A stretch of DNA of 55,941 nt. Source: a virus. Taxonomy: Duplodnaviria > Caudoviricetes. Positions within the stretch are counted from its first letter, which is position 1, and every line of letters begins with the position of its first letter. Under the pieces are notes generated by a model. The model was not told the DNA's origin. It worked only from the letters and a program-made list of their open reading frames with translations, and did not search any database. The stretch spans positions 1 to 55,941 of IMG/VR virus record IMGVR_UViG_3300035704_000011; one strand, given 5' to 3'. Below are positions 38,166-46,667 of this stretch, piece after piece. The position numbers and the translations under genes are program-made.

Positions 38166-38480
38166 ATGACCGCCATCCATGCAATCGAAGCCGCGATCGG
38201 GCACGCATACGCGATCGGACGCGTCGACCAGTCGATCCAGGTCGCCGGCGAGGAGCTGCTGCGCATGGTGGCGGCGCAGCCGGGGATAACACCGGAAGCG
38301 ATCCTATGGCTCTGCGGCGAGGAAGCAAACCGTCCTGATTGGGACGAAGTCTTGTGGAGACTCGCCGATGTGTGGTGCGAGCTGCAGCGCGGGCTACAGG
38401 GCCGCGGCGCTCGCCAGCTACCGCCGTCCCCTCACTCCGGAATACCCGTCTCGGAGGCTGCGGCCCTTCGGCCGCCATAA
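38166..38480 (+). CDS. Hypothetical protein
   Basis: GGAG RBS; between rusA and replication gene. Confidence 0.5.
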   Translation: MTAIHAIEAAIGHAYAIGRVDQSIQVAGEELLRMVAAQPGITPEAILWLCGEEANRPDWDEVLWRLADVWCELQRGLQGRGARQLPPSPHSGIPVSEAAALRPP

Positions 38481-38625
38481 AACCCAAAGCGCCGGCCTCG
38501 GGAAATGAAGCCGGCGCCTTGGTCGACCAACGAAACCACACTCTCCTGGGGGAAAAAAGCGTGGCCCGTTCAACCCTTTATAGCAGATTTATATGTAGAA
38601 TTCGAGACGCGGGGCGAGGCCGGCC

Positions 38626-39324
38626 ATGAAGGTCCGGCGGGTCGATTTCTATCCCGATGAATGGCTGGCGGGGACATTCAATCTCACTGCCGTCGAGCGC
38701 GGCGTCTACATCACGCTCTGCGCGCTCATCTACAGCCACGGAGGACCCATCAAGGCAGATGGCTTGGCCAAGCTCTGCGGGCTGCACGGCAATGCTTTCC
38801 GCAGTATAAAATCGCGGCTCGTCGAGCTTGGGAAAATCTTCGAAAACGCCGGAGAAATAACCGTCAAACGGTGCGAAAAGGAATTGGAAAACGCTCGGAA
38901 AAGGCTCGAAAATAAAAAAAGTAGAGCCGAAGTCAACGACTTACGAGCGACTCCAACTATCAACCATCAACTAAACCAACTATCAACGAACGAAAAAGAC
39001 GCGCCCGCGCGCGAGGACAGCGAGTTCGTTCGTTCGGAAGAGGACTTCGCAAGATTTTGGGAAGCCTATCCCAGCCAGGTCGGAGAGGTCGCCGCGAGGC
39101 TGGCGTTTGCCATCGCCGCCCGCAAGGTCGAGGTTGCCGTGCTGATCGCCGCAGTCGAGCGATACCGCGCCTCGAAGCCTCCGGATCGCCAATGGCTGAA
39201 TCCGGAGAACTGGCTGAATGGCGAGCGCTGGCTTGATCGCCCGGGTGGGCTCAACGGCGCTGGCGTGGCTGCTGTGGAGCCTGAACGCCGGCGGCCTAGG
39301 GCGCCGCCGCCCGAAAGGCTGTGA
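38626..39324 (+). CDS. Replication initiator (YdaU/DUF1376-like)
   Basis: FYPDEWLAGT..LT..ERGVYITL; FARFWEAYP; NPENWLNGERWLD. Confidence 0.82.
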   Translation: MKVRRVDFYPDEWLAGTFNLTAVERGVYITLCALIYSHGGPIKADGLAKLCGLHGNAFRSIKSRLVELGKIFENAGEITVKRCEKELENARKRLENKKSRAEVNDLRATPTINHQLNQLSTNEKDAPAREDSEFVRSEEDFARFWEAYPSQVGEVAARLAFAIAARKVEVAVLIAAVERYRASKPPDRQWLNPENWLNGERWLDRPGGLNGAGVAAVEPERRRPRAPPPERL

Positions 39325-39328
39325 GCCA

Positions 39329-39595
39329 ATGGCGATCGATAATCGCTTCCCCAGTGAGGCGCACTACGCCGAACTGAAGGCCAAGGGCTACACCGGCAGG
39401 ATCCATGACGAGGACCTCTGGGCGTGGCACGCCTACGACTACGGCTGGCGCCGCATCATGCTGCAGACCCGCGAAGACCATTCGCCGATCGATTCTGATC
39501 GGGCGTGGTACGACGCCAAGTTCGCGGCAGAAGCCGAGATTTTCTACGCTCGGAAGTTCAATCGCCAGGCGCCGGCGATTGGCACGGCAGCATGA
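39329..39595 (+). CDS. Hypothetical protein
   Basis: 88-aa ORF after replication gene. Confidence 0.6.
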   Translation: MAIDNRFPSEAHYAELKAKGYTGRIHDEDLWAWHAYDYGWRRIMLQTREDHSPIDSDRAWYDAKFAAEAEIFYARKFNRQAPAIGTAA

Positions 39596-39789
39596 ACGCA
39601 CAACCGACCAAAGAGCAGATCCTCTCCGTCGCCTGCCCGCAGTGCTCGGCGCGATCGGGGGACGCGTGCAAGGTGCGCAATGAGGAGGTGGGCGCATTCC
39701 ACGCCGCCCGCATCGGGACGGCACGCCGGTCGGTCGCCGAGCGCCGCGAGACCCAGATCCGGGTCGCGGCTCAGCTGTTGCGACCGTGA
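39592..39789 (+). CDS. Small zinc-finger protein
   Basis: CPQC...C...H..R motif. Confidence 0.65.
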   Translation: MNAQPTKEQILSVACPQCSARSGDACKVRNEEVGAFHAARIGTARRSVAERRETQIRVAAQLLRP

Positions 39790-39817
39790 CGCCGGCGAGC
39801 CGCAGCTGTGACGCTGA

Positions 39818-39994
39818 ATGATTTTCTACAACGATAACGATCGCTATGTGGCGCAATGGCTGGGTATATTGCTCGCGCGTGTGAACGCGAGTCGGGCGGT
39901 CTCTTCGCCTGCCTCCGGCTGGTGGTTGGCTACACTTCCACCAGCCCCGATAAACCGCCCCGTTGCGAGATCTGACCCTCGCGCGGGGCGTTAG
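39818..39994 (+). pseudogene. Possible N-terminal remnant of a second C5 methyltransferase
   Basis: MIFYNDNDRYVAQWL resembles the YYNEIDPYAAQWL start of phage C5 MTases, then similarity is lost. Confidence 0.4.
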
Positions 39995-40120
39995 GCTTTC
40001 GGGTCGATGCTGTGGCGCTGAATGACCACCCGCGTGCCTATGCCAGCATGGCCGATCGGCGCATCCGCGATGACAGCCCGGCTCTTTTCACAGATAGCTG
40101 CCGAATGAGGAGTTTCAGCG

Positions 40121-40294
40121 ATGCGAGACGCGATCGACGCGATTGTGCGGCAGACCGGATTTACCGCCGAGGAGGCGGGCGAGATCCTGATTGCGTTGGC
40201 CGATCTTCGCGACGGGTCGGAGGCGCGGCTGGTGGCACTGATCAACGTCTTGTTGCTGCGCTACGATCATCAGCCGGCGCCGGTGGAGTGCTGA
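40121..40294 (+). CDS. Hypothetical protein (57 aa)
   Basis: GAGGAG RBS; MRDAIDAIVRQTGF... Confidence 0.5.
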   Translation: MRDAIDAIVRQTGFTAEEAGEILIALADLRDGSEARLVALINVLLLRYDHQPAPVEC

Positions 40295-40622
40295 AGACGG
40301 CGATATCGAACGTCGCCAGCAGCCGTCTTGCAGCGTGACTCTCGAGCTCGGTGACCATCGAGAAGTAGTTGACACGCTCGCCATAGATGCGCCGCGTCGC
40401 GGTGCGGGCGGCGAGCTGGGCAATGGCAATCGTGTAACGGCGCGAAACAGGGATTCGCCCACTGGCCCACCCATATACCCGCTGCCTCCGGACGCCGATG
40501 GCAAGCGAGAGGGGCGTTTTCCAATGGCTGCCGAAGATGTACGCGCCCATCCTTGCGAGGTCCCCCTTGGTGAGCTGGCTAATGGCGGTGGGCTTCAAAA
40601 ACGCGGCATTTACGTACCCCAA
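40242..40622 (-). CDS. HTH transcriptional regulator
   Basis: FGSHWKTPLSLAIGVRRQRVYGWASG..PV. Confidence 0.65.
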   Translation of the reverse strand: MGYVNAAFLKPTAISQLTKGDLARMGAYIFGSHWKTPLSLAIGVRRQRVYGWASGRIPVSRRYTIAIAQLAARTATRRIYGERVNYFSMVTELESHAARRLLATFDIAVFSTPPAPADDRSAATRR

Positions 40623-40704
40623 ACTACGGGTTTAGTTTGCCATTAACCAAGCAGAATGCGAAAGGGGGAACGGGATGTGTAGTACTTTTAGGGGCGGGGC
40701 TGAG

Positions 40705-41640
40705 ATGACGTTGTCGGTTCGCCTGCTCGGCTCTTTGGTGATTGAAACGGGGGATCGCGGGCTCGGGAAAATCCCGAAGAAAGCTCGCGCCCTGCTCGCC
40801 TTTCTTGCCGCTCAACACGGCCAGCCCGTCGCTCGCTCACGAGTGGCGGACATGCTCTGGCCGTACCAGGGACATGAGCAATCCCTCCACAGCCTACGTA
40901 ATTGCCTAATGGAGCTGCGCAAGGCTTTGGGGCGGGGTACAGACACTCACTTAGCCGCCGACTATGTGCGCTGCCGGATCCAGGACGCCGCCGTTGACCT
41001 TGTACAATTTGAGCAGCTATCGCGTTCCCAGCGGTTTTGTGACCTGCAGGCGGCAGCCGATTTGTACCGCGGCGAGCTCCTGGACGATGTCGAGATAGAT
41101 TCCGAGCCGTTTCAGGAATGGCTGACGGCGGAGCGTCGCCGGACACTCGCTGTGGCGTGCGATATCTTGCAACGATTGATGACGATGCACGATGCTGCCG
41201 GCGACCACGACGCGGCGATTCAGTGCGGCCGACGGCTAGTTTTTCTCGACCCGTTCGCGGAATCAGGACAGCGCGCCTTGATGCGCGCATATGCCGGTGC
41301 GGGGCGTCGTAGTGAAGCGCTCCTCCAATATAGGAGCTGCGCCGAGACACTGAAGCGCGAACTGGGCGTCGCGCCTGACACCGAGACGCAGTCGTTGGCG
41401 ATAGAGATTGGGGGTTCGAAGATGGCTATAATCGAGCGATCTATACCTCCAGCGAGACGGATCAGCTGTCCGGCCGCTGATGCGCTAATCCCGCTCGGCA
41501 TTGAATTGGGTAATGCGATCGACGGTGGTGCGAAATTGCGGCGCGGGATGGCTGTCGAGATCGTCAGCCACATAAAATCGCTCGGGGATTTTTTTGCATC
41601 AGCAGCGTCGCGCTCCTCCTGCTCAGAATCCTCATATTGA
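40705..41640 (+). CDS. SARP/AfsR-family regulator (wHTH plus BTAD)
   Basis: VRLLGSL, KARALLAFLA, SLRNCL.ELRKAL, LYRGELL, DPFAE, ELGVAP..ET. Confidence 0.9.
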   Translation: MTLSVRLLGSLVIETGDRGLGKIPKKARALLAFLAAQHGQPVARSRVADMLWPYQGHEQSLHSLRNCLMELRKALGRGTDTHLAADYVRCRIQDAAVDLVQFEQLSRSQRFCDLQAAADLYRGELLDDVEIDSEPFQEWLTAERRRTLAVACDILQRLMTMHDAAGDHDAAIQCGRRLVFLDPFAESGQRALMRAYAGAGRRSEALLQYRSCAETLKRELGVAPDTETQSLAIEIGGSKMAIIERSIPPARRISCPAADALIPLGIELGNAIDGGAKLRRGMAVEIVSHIKSLGDFFASAASRSSCSESSY

Positions 41641-41797
41641 TTTCTGTCGGATTTTCAGGTATGCTCTAGGCCGAAATACGGTATTTGCGCCCAGCTCGTT
41701 AGCCGACGGCGCGTTGACGCCAGGAAAGCTAAAGTTCAGATCTGCCCCGGTTCATAAAACTGCGGGCGGATTTTTGTTAGATATTTTAAGAGATTTG

Positions 41798-42337
41798 ATG
41801 AAAGCGCGCAGGCGGTCAGCTCAGCTGACTGATATTCTGGCGCCGACCATTGAGCGATCAACGCACGATGTCGTCGAACGTCTGGAAAAACCGATCGCCG
41901 ATACCGCCGGCTGCGTGGCGAGGCCGTATCGTGCGATCGACATCCTGGCCGCGATGGAGCGGCGCGGCGCGATAACCGTTGGGATGCGGATGGCTGGCGA
42001 GACCTTCCGAATGAAATTCAACCGTGCCCACTTAGAGCAGTTGCGTGCGGCCGATATGTCGCGCTCGCCCGGAGGAGGCAAAGGTCCCAACGATCTCCCA
42101 TCGGCAACCTATGCAGCACGCGAGCACGTCTGGCGCGCAATCTGCGCCGTCGGCGGCCTCGCCTCGGCGGGCGGCGCATGCTTGTGGCATGTCGTCGGGC
42201 TCGAGGTCAGCCTAAAACGGTGGGCCCAAGAGCAAGGCTGGAACGGTCGTATGGTCAGCCAGGAAGCTGCCACCGGTATATTGATCTGCGCGCTCGGCGC
42301 GCTCGAGGCGCACTATGACGATGGCAGGCGCGCATAA
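41798..42337 (+). CDS. DUF6456-like putative late activator/antiterminator
   Basis: MERRGAIT...AGETFR..F; LWHVVGLEVSLKRW...L.AL..HY. Confidence 0.65.
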   Translation: MKARRRSAQLTDILAPTIERSTHDVVERLEKPIADTAGCVARPYRAIDILAAMERRGAITVGMRMAGETFRMKFNRAHLEQLRAADMSRSPGGGKGPNDLPSATYAAREHVWRAICAVGGLASAGGACLWHVVGLEVSLKRWAQEQGWNGRMVSQEAATGILICALGALEAHYDDGRRA

Positions 42338-42608
42338 CCTTCAGCCATTCAGGTCGCCATCGCTGGCTGAAGTCACGACGAATCTAAAAGAATGGCGTCG
42401 CCAGTTTGATCTCGAAATGTGTGCAAACCTGTTGCGCGCACGCAAAGAGGCCGGATTGACCCAAGCAGAACTTGGCTACCGATGCGGCATTGATGCCGCG
42501 AAGGTGTGCCGCTGGGAAAGTGGCGCCCTGGTGATTGCCGCGTCATATCTGGCACTGGTCGCGTCTGCGCTCGGCGTGCCGCCGATGTCGCTGTGGCCGA
42601 AATACTGA
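42315..42608 (+). CDS. XRE-family HTH regulator
   Basis: ARKEAGLTQAELGYRCGID...CRWESG. Confidence 0.85.
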   Translation: MTMAGAHNLQPFRSPSLAEVTTNLKEWRRQFDLEMCANLLRARKEAGLTQAELGYRCGIDAAKVCRWESGALVIAASYLALVASALGVPPMSLWPKY

Positions 42609-42624
42609 TAACCGTTGCAGTTGA

Positions 42625-43002
42625 ATGTTGTGCCCTCACTGTTTTGGAAGGCTCGACGGGCAACCATCGGTGATCCTGTCGCCGCCTTGGTTTGATCATC
42701 AGCGACGCGAGATCATCGTTGATGGTGAGCGGCGGCATCTCCGAAGTGGTTTGTGGAGGCTGCTCCTCATCTTTTGGGATCGCCAGGATCAGTTCTTGCC
42801 CGTGGGCCGTCTTATAGACCTCCTATATGCTGGAAATCTCCAGAGTAGCCAAACAGATACCTTTAGGGTCCAGATTAGTCGTCTGCGCAAAGCCCTCGAT
42901 GGCACGCCATTCGCGATTCTTAATCAGTACGACTGCGGTTATATGCTTACATCCGGGCGGGCTGATGAGAGGGAAATCGCCCGAAGGCGCCGGAACTTAT
43001 AG
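42625..43002 (+). CDS. CxxC plus OmpR-type winged-helix protein (1)
   Basis: CPHC; LIDLLY...FRVQISRLRKAL...GYML; no receiver domain. Confidence 0.75.
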   Translation: MLCPHCFGRLDGQPSVILSPPWFDHQRREIIVDGERRHLRSGLWRLLLIFWDRQDQFLPVGRLIDLLYAGNLQSSQTDTFRVQISRLRKALDGTPFAILNQYDCGYMLTSGRADEREIARRRRNL

Positions 43003-43050
43003 CCATTGTTGCTGCGCTGCTCTGTTCCTCGTGTTGAGGTAGCCATCGGG

Positions 43051-43206
43051 ATGGAGCCGCTGACCGCGCCCTGCCCAGGCTGCGGCACTGCTGTATTTTA
43101 TTCGGGCTATTGGTGCGACGATTGCGGCATATCCGCGATTGAGGGCGCGGCGCTGGACGCCGACTTCGAGCCCGACGCCGATTTCGAGGCCGATAATCAT
43201 GATTGA
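43051..43206 (+). CDS. Small zinc-ribbon acidic protein
   Basis: CPGC...CDDC. Confidence 0.45.
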   Translation: MEPLTAPCPGCGTAVFYSGYWCDDCGISAIEGAALDADFEPDADFEADNHD

Positions 43207-43386
43207 TTATGTTTTTCGCGGCCCTCGCGATGGCAAAATGCGTGACCGGATTAGAAAGAGCGACGGACCTTGCAATAAATCGGACAATTTTTCCGTTGAA
43301 AACGCAACCGAGATTTGCCTCAGGTTTGAAATTTCGGGCGTAGGCCTCCTGCGGTCCATAGTATCACGAGCGATACTAGGACGACC

Positions 43387-43800
43387 ATGATTTGCGAGCG
43401 CTGCGCCGACGAAATCGAAAACGCGGCAGCGCGCCCGCCTCCAGAAATGCGTGGGCCGATCTGGGTCATCGCCGGAGAAAAGCGCAGCGTGCGGCCTATC
43501 GTACGCCGCATTTTCAAGATCCTATGGTCGCGCCGTGACGTGCTGGTCCGCCGCGAGGCGTTCATGACGCAGCTTTATGGCCACCGTGCCGACCCGCCAT
43601 TCGACGGCACCTTAGATACGCATCTCTGCTATTTGCGCCAGGCGCTGGAGGGGAGCGGCTTCGGGATCCACACTTACCGCGGCGAGGGATGGCAACTCGT
43701 CCAACTCTCGCCTGGAACACAGGCCAGCGAAGCGCGGCGCTCTGCTGCGGCCAGCAGTAGGCAGATCGCGCGGCGCCTGCGCGAGGCTATGAGCCGTTGA
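43387..43800 (+). CDS. CxxC plus OmpR/CtrA-type winged-helix protein (2)
   Basis: CERC; EAFMTQLYG..ADPP...LDTHLCYLRQAL...IHTYRGEGWQL. Confidence 0.78.
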   Translation: MICERCADEIENAAARPPPEMRGPIWVIAGEKRSVRPIVRRIFKILWSRRDVLVRREAFMTQLYGHRADPPFDGTLDTHLCYLRQALEGSGFGIHTYRGEGWQLVQLSPGTQASEARRSAAASSRQIARRLREAMSR

Positions 43801-44044
43801 ACCTCTGGGAGATTTTGTTTCCCTGTTAGATAATTAGCCGAGCGAGGCGCTGCCCCGGTTCGCAGCCGGAGCAGCACCTCTGACCACAGCGAGATGAGGC
43901 TCGCAGATGGCTTCTCGGAATAAAGATAACTCCCCGATTTTTACGCAAGTGTTGAGGCGCGTCGAGCTCCCTCGCCTCGTCAAACGGGCGTCTGGTGACG
44001 TAAAAAATGGCTCGCACGAACAAATAGATAATAGGATCCGTGAA

Positions 44045-44773
44045 ATGGCCCGCAAGATCAGTGGGTTAGAGTATGCGGACCGCAGATATATCGCCTACTA
44101 CCGCGTTTCAACGCTTCAACAAGGGGCTTCTGGACTTGGTTTAGAGGCCCAGCGCGAAGCGGTAGGTCGATATGTTTTTAGCGTGGCTGGCGAGATCATT
44201 GCTGAGTTCGAGGAGATCGAAAGCGGCAAGCGATCAGAGAATCGACCCAAGCTGATCGAAGCTCTAGCCCACGCGAGGGCGACCCGCGCGACGCTCGTGA
44301 TTGCGAAGCTTGATCGCCTGGCCAGGAACGTGGCTTTCATCAGTTCGCTGATGGACGCCGGCGTCGACTTCATCGCGGCCGATATGCCGATGGCCAACAG
44401 ATTAACAGTCCACGTTCTGGCCGCGGTAGCCGAGCACGAACGTGAGATGATCAGCGTCCGAACGAAGGCAGCGCTTGCTGCGGCAAAAGCCAGGGGCGTG
44501 AAGCTTGGCAATCCTAAGCTTCGCGCCGGCGATCGCGAAAGCGCGCGCGCGGCCTGCCGTGTTCGGGTGGCAAAGGCGAACAAGATCGCAAGCTCGATCA
44601 TGCCATACATCGAGGCTGCGCGAAGTGCTGGATGCAGGACTCTCGCCGAGCTGGCCGACGCGCTGACCGCTCGCGGCATTAGAACTCCCGGAGGCAAATC
44701 TAAATGGAGCGCGGAACAGGTGCGTCGGATAACGGCGCGGCTTTCGATGAGCGCGCGTTCAATATCAAGCTAG
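44045..44773 (+). CDS. Serine recombinase (resolvase/invertase family)
   Basis: YYRVST..Q..SGLGLEAQ, AKLDRLARN, ERE.IS.RTK.AL. Confidence 0.93.
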   Translation: MARKISGLEYADRRYIAYYRVSTLQQGASGLGLEAQREAVGRYVFSVAGEIIAEFEEIESGKRSENRPKLIEALAHARATRATLVIAKLDRLARNVAFISSLMDAGVDFIAADMPMANRLTVHVLAAVAEHEREMISVRTKAALAAAKARGVKLGNPKLRAGDRESARAACRVRVAKANKIASSIMPYIEAARSAGCRTLAELADALTARGIRTPGGKSKWSAEQVRRITARLSMSARSISS

Positions 44774-44964
44774 GAGCGGCGATCCGCGCCAGCCGCCGCG
44801 CGCAAGGCCTGGCCCAAAAAGCCCTGGCTCGCGCCTGCGTCTTGACCACGACTTCGATGTCCCGCATCGAACGCGGCAAACGAGGGCTGAGGCTGTCGCA
44901 GCTGCAGACGATCGCCGACGAGCTAGGCGTGACGTCGGTGGCTCTGTTGCGAGCCGCATGCTGA
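44704..44964 (+). CDS. XRE-family HTH regulator
   Basis: LGAAIRASRRAQGLAQKALA...SRIERGKR. Confidence 0.8.
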   Translation: MERGTGASDNGAAFDERAFNIKLGAAIRASRRAQGLAQKALARACVLTTTSMSRIERGKRGLRLSQLQTIADELGVTSVALLRAAC

Positions 44965-45052
44965 AGGGCGAGGCGCCGCGTTGCAGATTGTGCGGTCGCT
45001 ACGTCTGCCGCTGGTGCGACTATTTCGATTGCCCGCACGGGATCGCTAGGGA

Positions 45053-45319
45053 GTGGACGCAACGACGACATCCGTCGCGATAACGATCATTCTCCACGCA
45101 TTTATGTGGGCTGGCGGCCCGGATGTTCCCGATTCGGTTTATGCATGGCGGATCAATGACGTCGATGTTGCTGCGGGTTATGCGATCAGATTAGAAGATC
45201 CGCCTTACGTGTACCAAAGCCGCAACTCCTGCGATGCTGGCCGAGCAGCCAAGGACAAGGTCAATCCGCCGGCCCCGAACACCTATTCGGTCTGCCTGCC
45301 GATGGCTCGAGATGGATGA
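45053..45319 (+). CDS. Hypothetical exported protein
   Basis: GGGAG RBS, hydrophobic N-terminus, two Cys. Confidence 0.5.
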   Translation: MDATTTSVAITIILHAFMWAGGPDVPDSVYAWRINDVDVAAGYAIRLEDPPYVYQSRNSCDAGRAAKDKVNPPAPNTYSVCLPMARDG

Positions 45320-45745
45320 GTTTGGTTTTTGTCGCGTGCGTTTTTGGCGCAATCCGTTCCGTTGGATCATGCGTGATCCCCACGCGTATTGGTTCTGGTT
45401 CTGGTTAGGGGTTTACGTTGCGTCGTCGATGATCTGTATCGTGCGAATTCTGAGGTGAACCCTGGACAGGCTCAGCCCCCGTTCACCGCCGGACTGGCGC
45501 GTCATGTCCTCGTCACATGAAAAGGCCGACGATTGCGCTGTTGTTGAGATAACGCTGGCGCCGAGCGTCTACGCTGAGTTGCTCGAGCGGCTAGACCGCT
45601 TCGTGTATCAGCGTGACACTTACGCTGACCGCAACTGGCTCAAGCGGTTCTGCGGGAGCTTACGCCGAGCCGGATAGATAGGTTTCACCCGCCCGCGTTG
45701 GTCAGTCCGGCGAGGAAAGCCGATGCGGTGCGGTGCGCCGGGGAA

Positions 45746-45784
45746 GGACGCCTCGCCTCTACCACTCGTTTAGGCGAGGCGTCC
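45746..45784. other. Perfect 13-bp inverted repeat
   Basis: GGACGCCTCGCCT-N13-AGGCGAGGCGTCC. Confidence 0.7.
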
Positions 45785-45809
45785 GACCGCCTCAAAGGAA
45801 TGCCGAGTA

Positions 45810-46016
45810 ATGTCGCTGAGCGTCCATGAGTTCATCAGGTGCGCGAAGGCCATCTTTGCCTTCGGTGCAGGATACAAGGCGGGTGAGCGCTATGCGCTGG
45901 GTGAAGCCGAAGCGGCGCGAGCCAAGCGCATCGATGCTGAGGCTTGGCAGCTCGGCTACGACCTGAGCAATCGCAGGTACATGGGCGCCGACAAGCAATC
46001 CTTTTCCCAGGATTAA
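45810..46016 (+). CDS. Hypothetical protein
   Basis: AAGGA RBS, 68 aa. Confidence 0.5.
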   Translation: MSLSVHEFIRCAKAIFAFGAGYKAGERYALGEAEAARAKRIDAEAWQLGYDLSNRRYMGADKQSFSQD

Positions 46017-46091
46017 GTAATTCTTTTCAAGTAATGCTTTCTAAAACCCCGACATTCTACGACTAATCCACAAACAAGTAGGTTGTGTTGC

Positions 46092-46135
46092 GGGTCCTTG
46101 TACAACCAAATAGTAATACGGGAGCTTCGGAGCCC
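46092..46135 (+). other. Putative cos packaging site (cosQ plus cosN)
   Basis: GGGTCCT (lambda cosQ) at 46092-46098, then TACG|GGAGCTTCGGAG at lambda-like spacing, upstream of small terminase. Confidence 0.65.
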
Positions 46136-46175
46136 GAATCGTCTCCAGCTGTCGACTTTATTTTATCGATGAAAC

Positions 46176-46667
46176 TTGCCAAGGAAGTCTAACTTTTCGG
46201 GCCAGGTCGCGAACCGGGCCGAGATGGCCGGGATCCTTGGCGTCAGCCCGACAACCCTCGATCGCTATGTCGCGGCCGGCTGTCCGGTCGAAACGCGCGG
46301 CGAACTGCGACGGGAGTACCAGTTCAACTCGGCTGCGGTGATCGCCTGGCGTGACCAGCGGGACGCTGCGGCGCGCGAGAAGGCTGGGGCCGCCGGTCTG
46401 ACCGGCGCCGAGAGCGCAAGGGAGCGCTATACGCTCGCATCGGCCGAGCTGAAGGAGTTGCAGCTTGCCGAAAGGCGCGGGCTGATGATCTCGGTCGAGG
46501 ACGTCGCGCCGATTCTCGCCGACGAGCTGGCGAATGTCCGCTCGCGGCTGATGGCGATGCCAGGGCGGCTGGCGACGGTGCTCGCCGACATGACCGATCC
46601 GGCGACGATCGAGACGACGATCGAGGAAGAGGTCGCCGGTGCCCTCAGCGAATTGAAGAGTGGCTGA
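46176..46667 (+). CDS. Terminase small subunit (Nu1-like)
   Basis: NRAEMAGILGVSPTTLDRYVAAGCP wHTH plus coiled coil. Confidence 0.9.
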   Translation: MPRKSNFSGQVANRAEMAGILGVSPTTLDRYVAAGCPVETRGELRREYQFNSAAVIAWRDQRDAAAREKAGAAGLTGAESARERYTLASAELKELQLAERRGLMISVEDVAPILADELANVRSRLMAMPGRLATVLADMTDPATIETTIEEEVAGALSELKSG

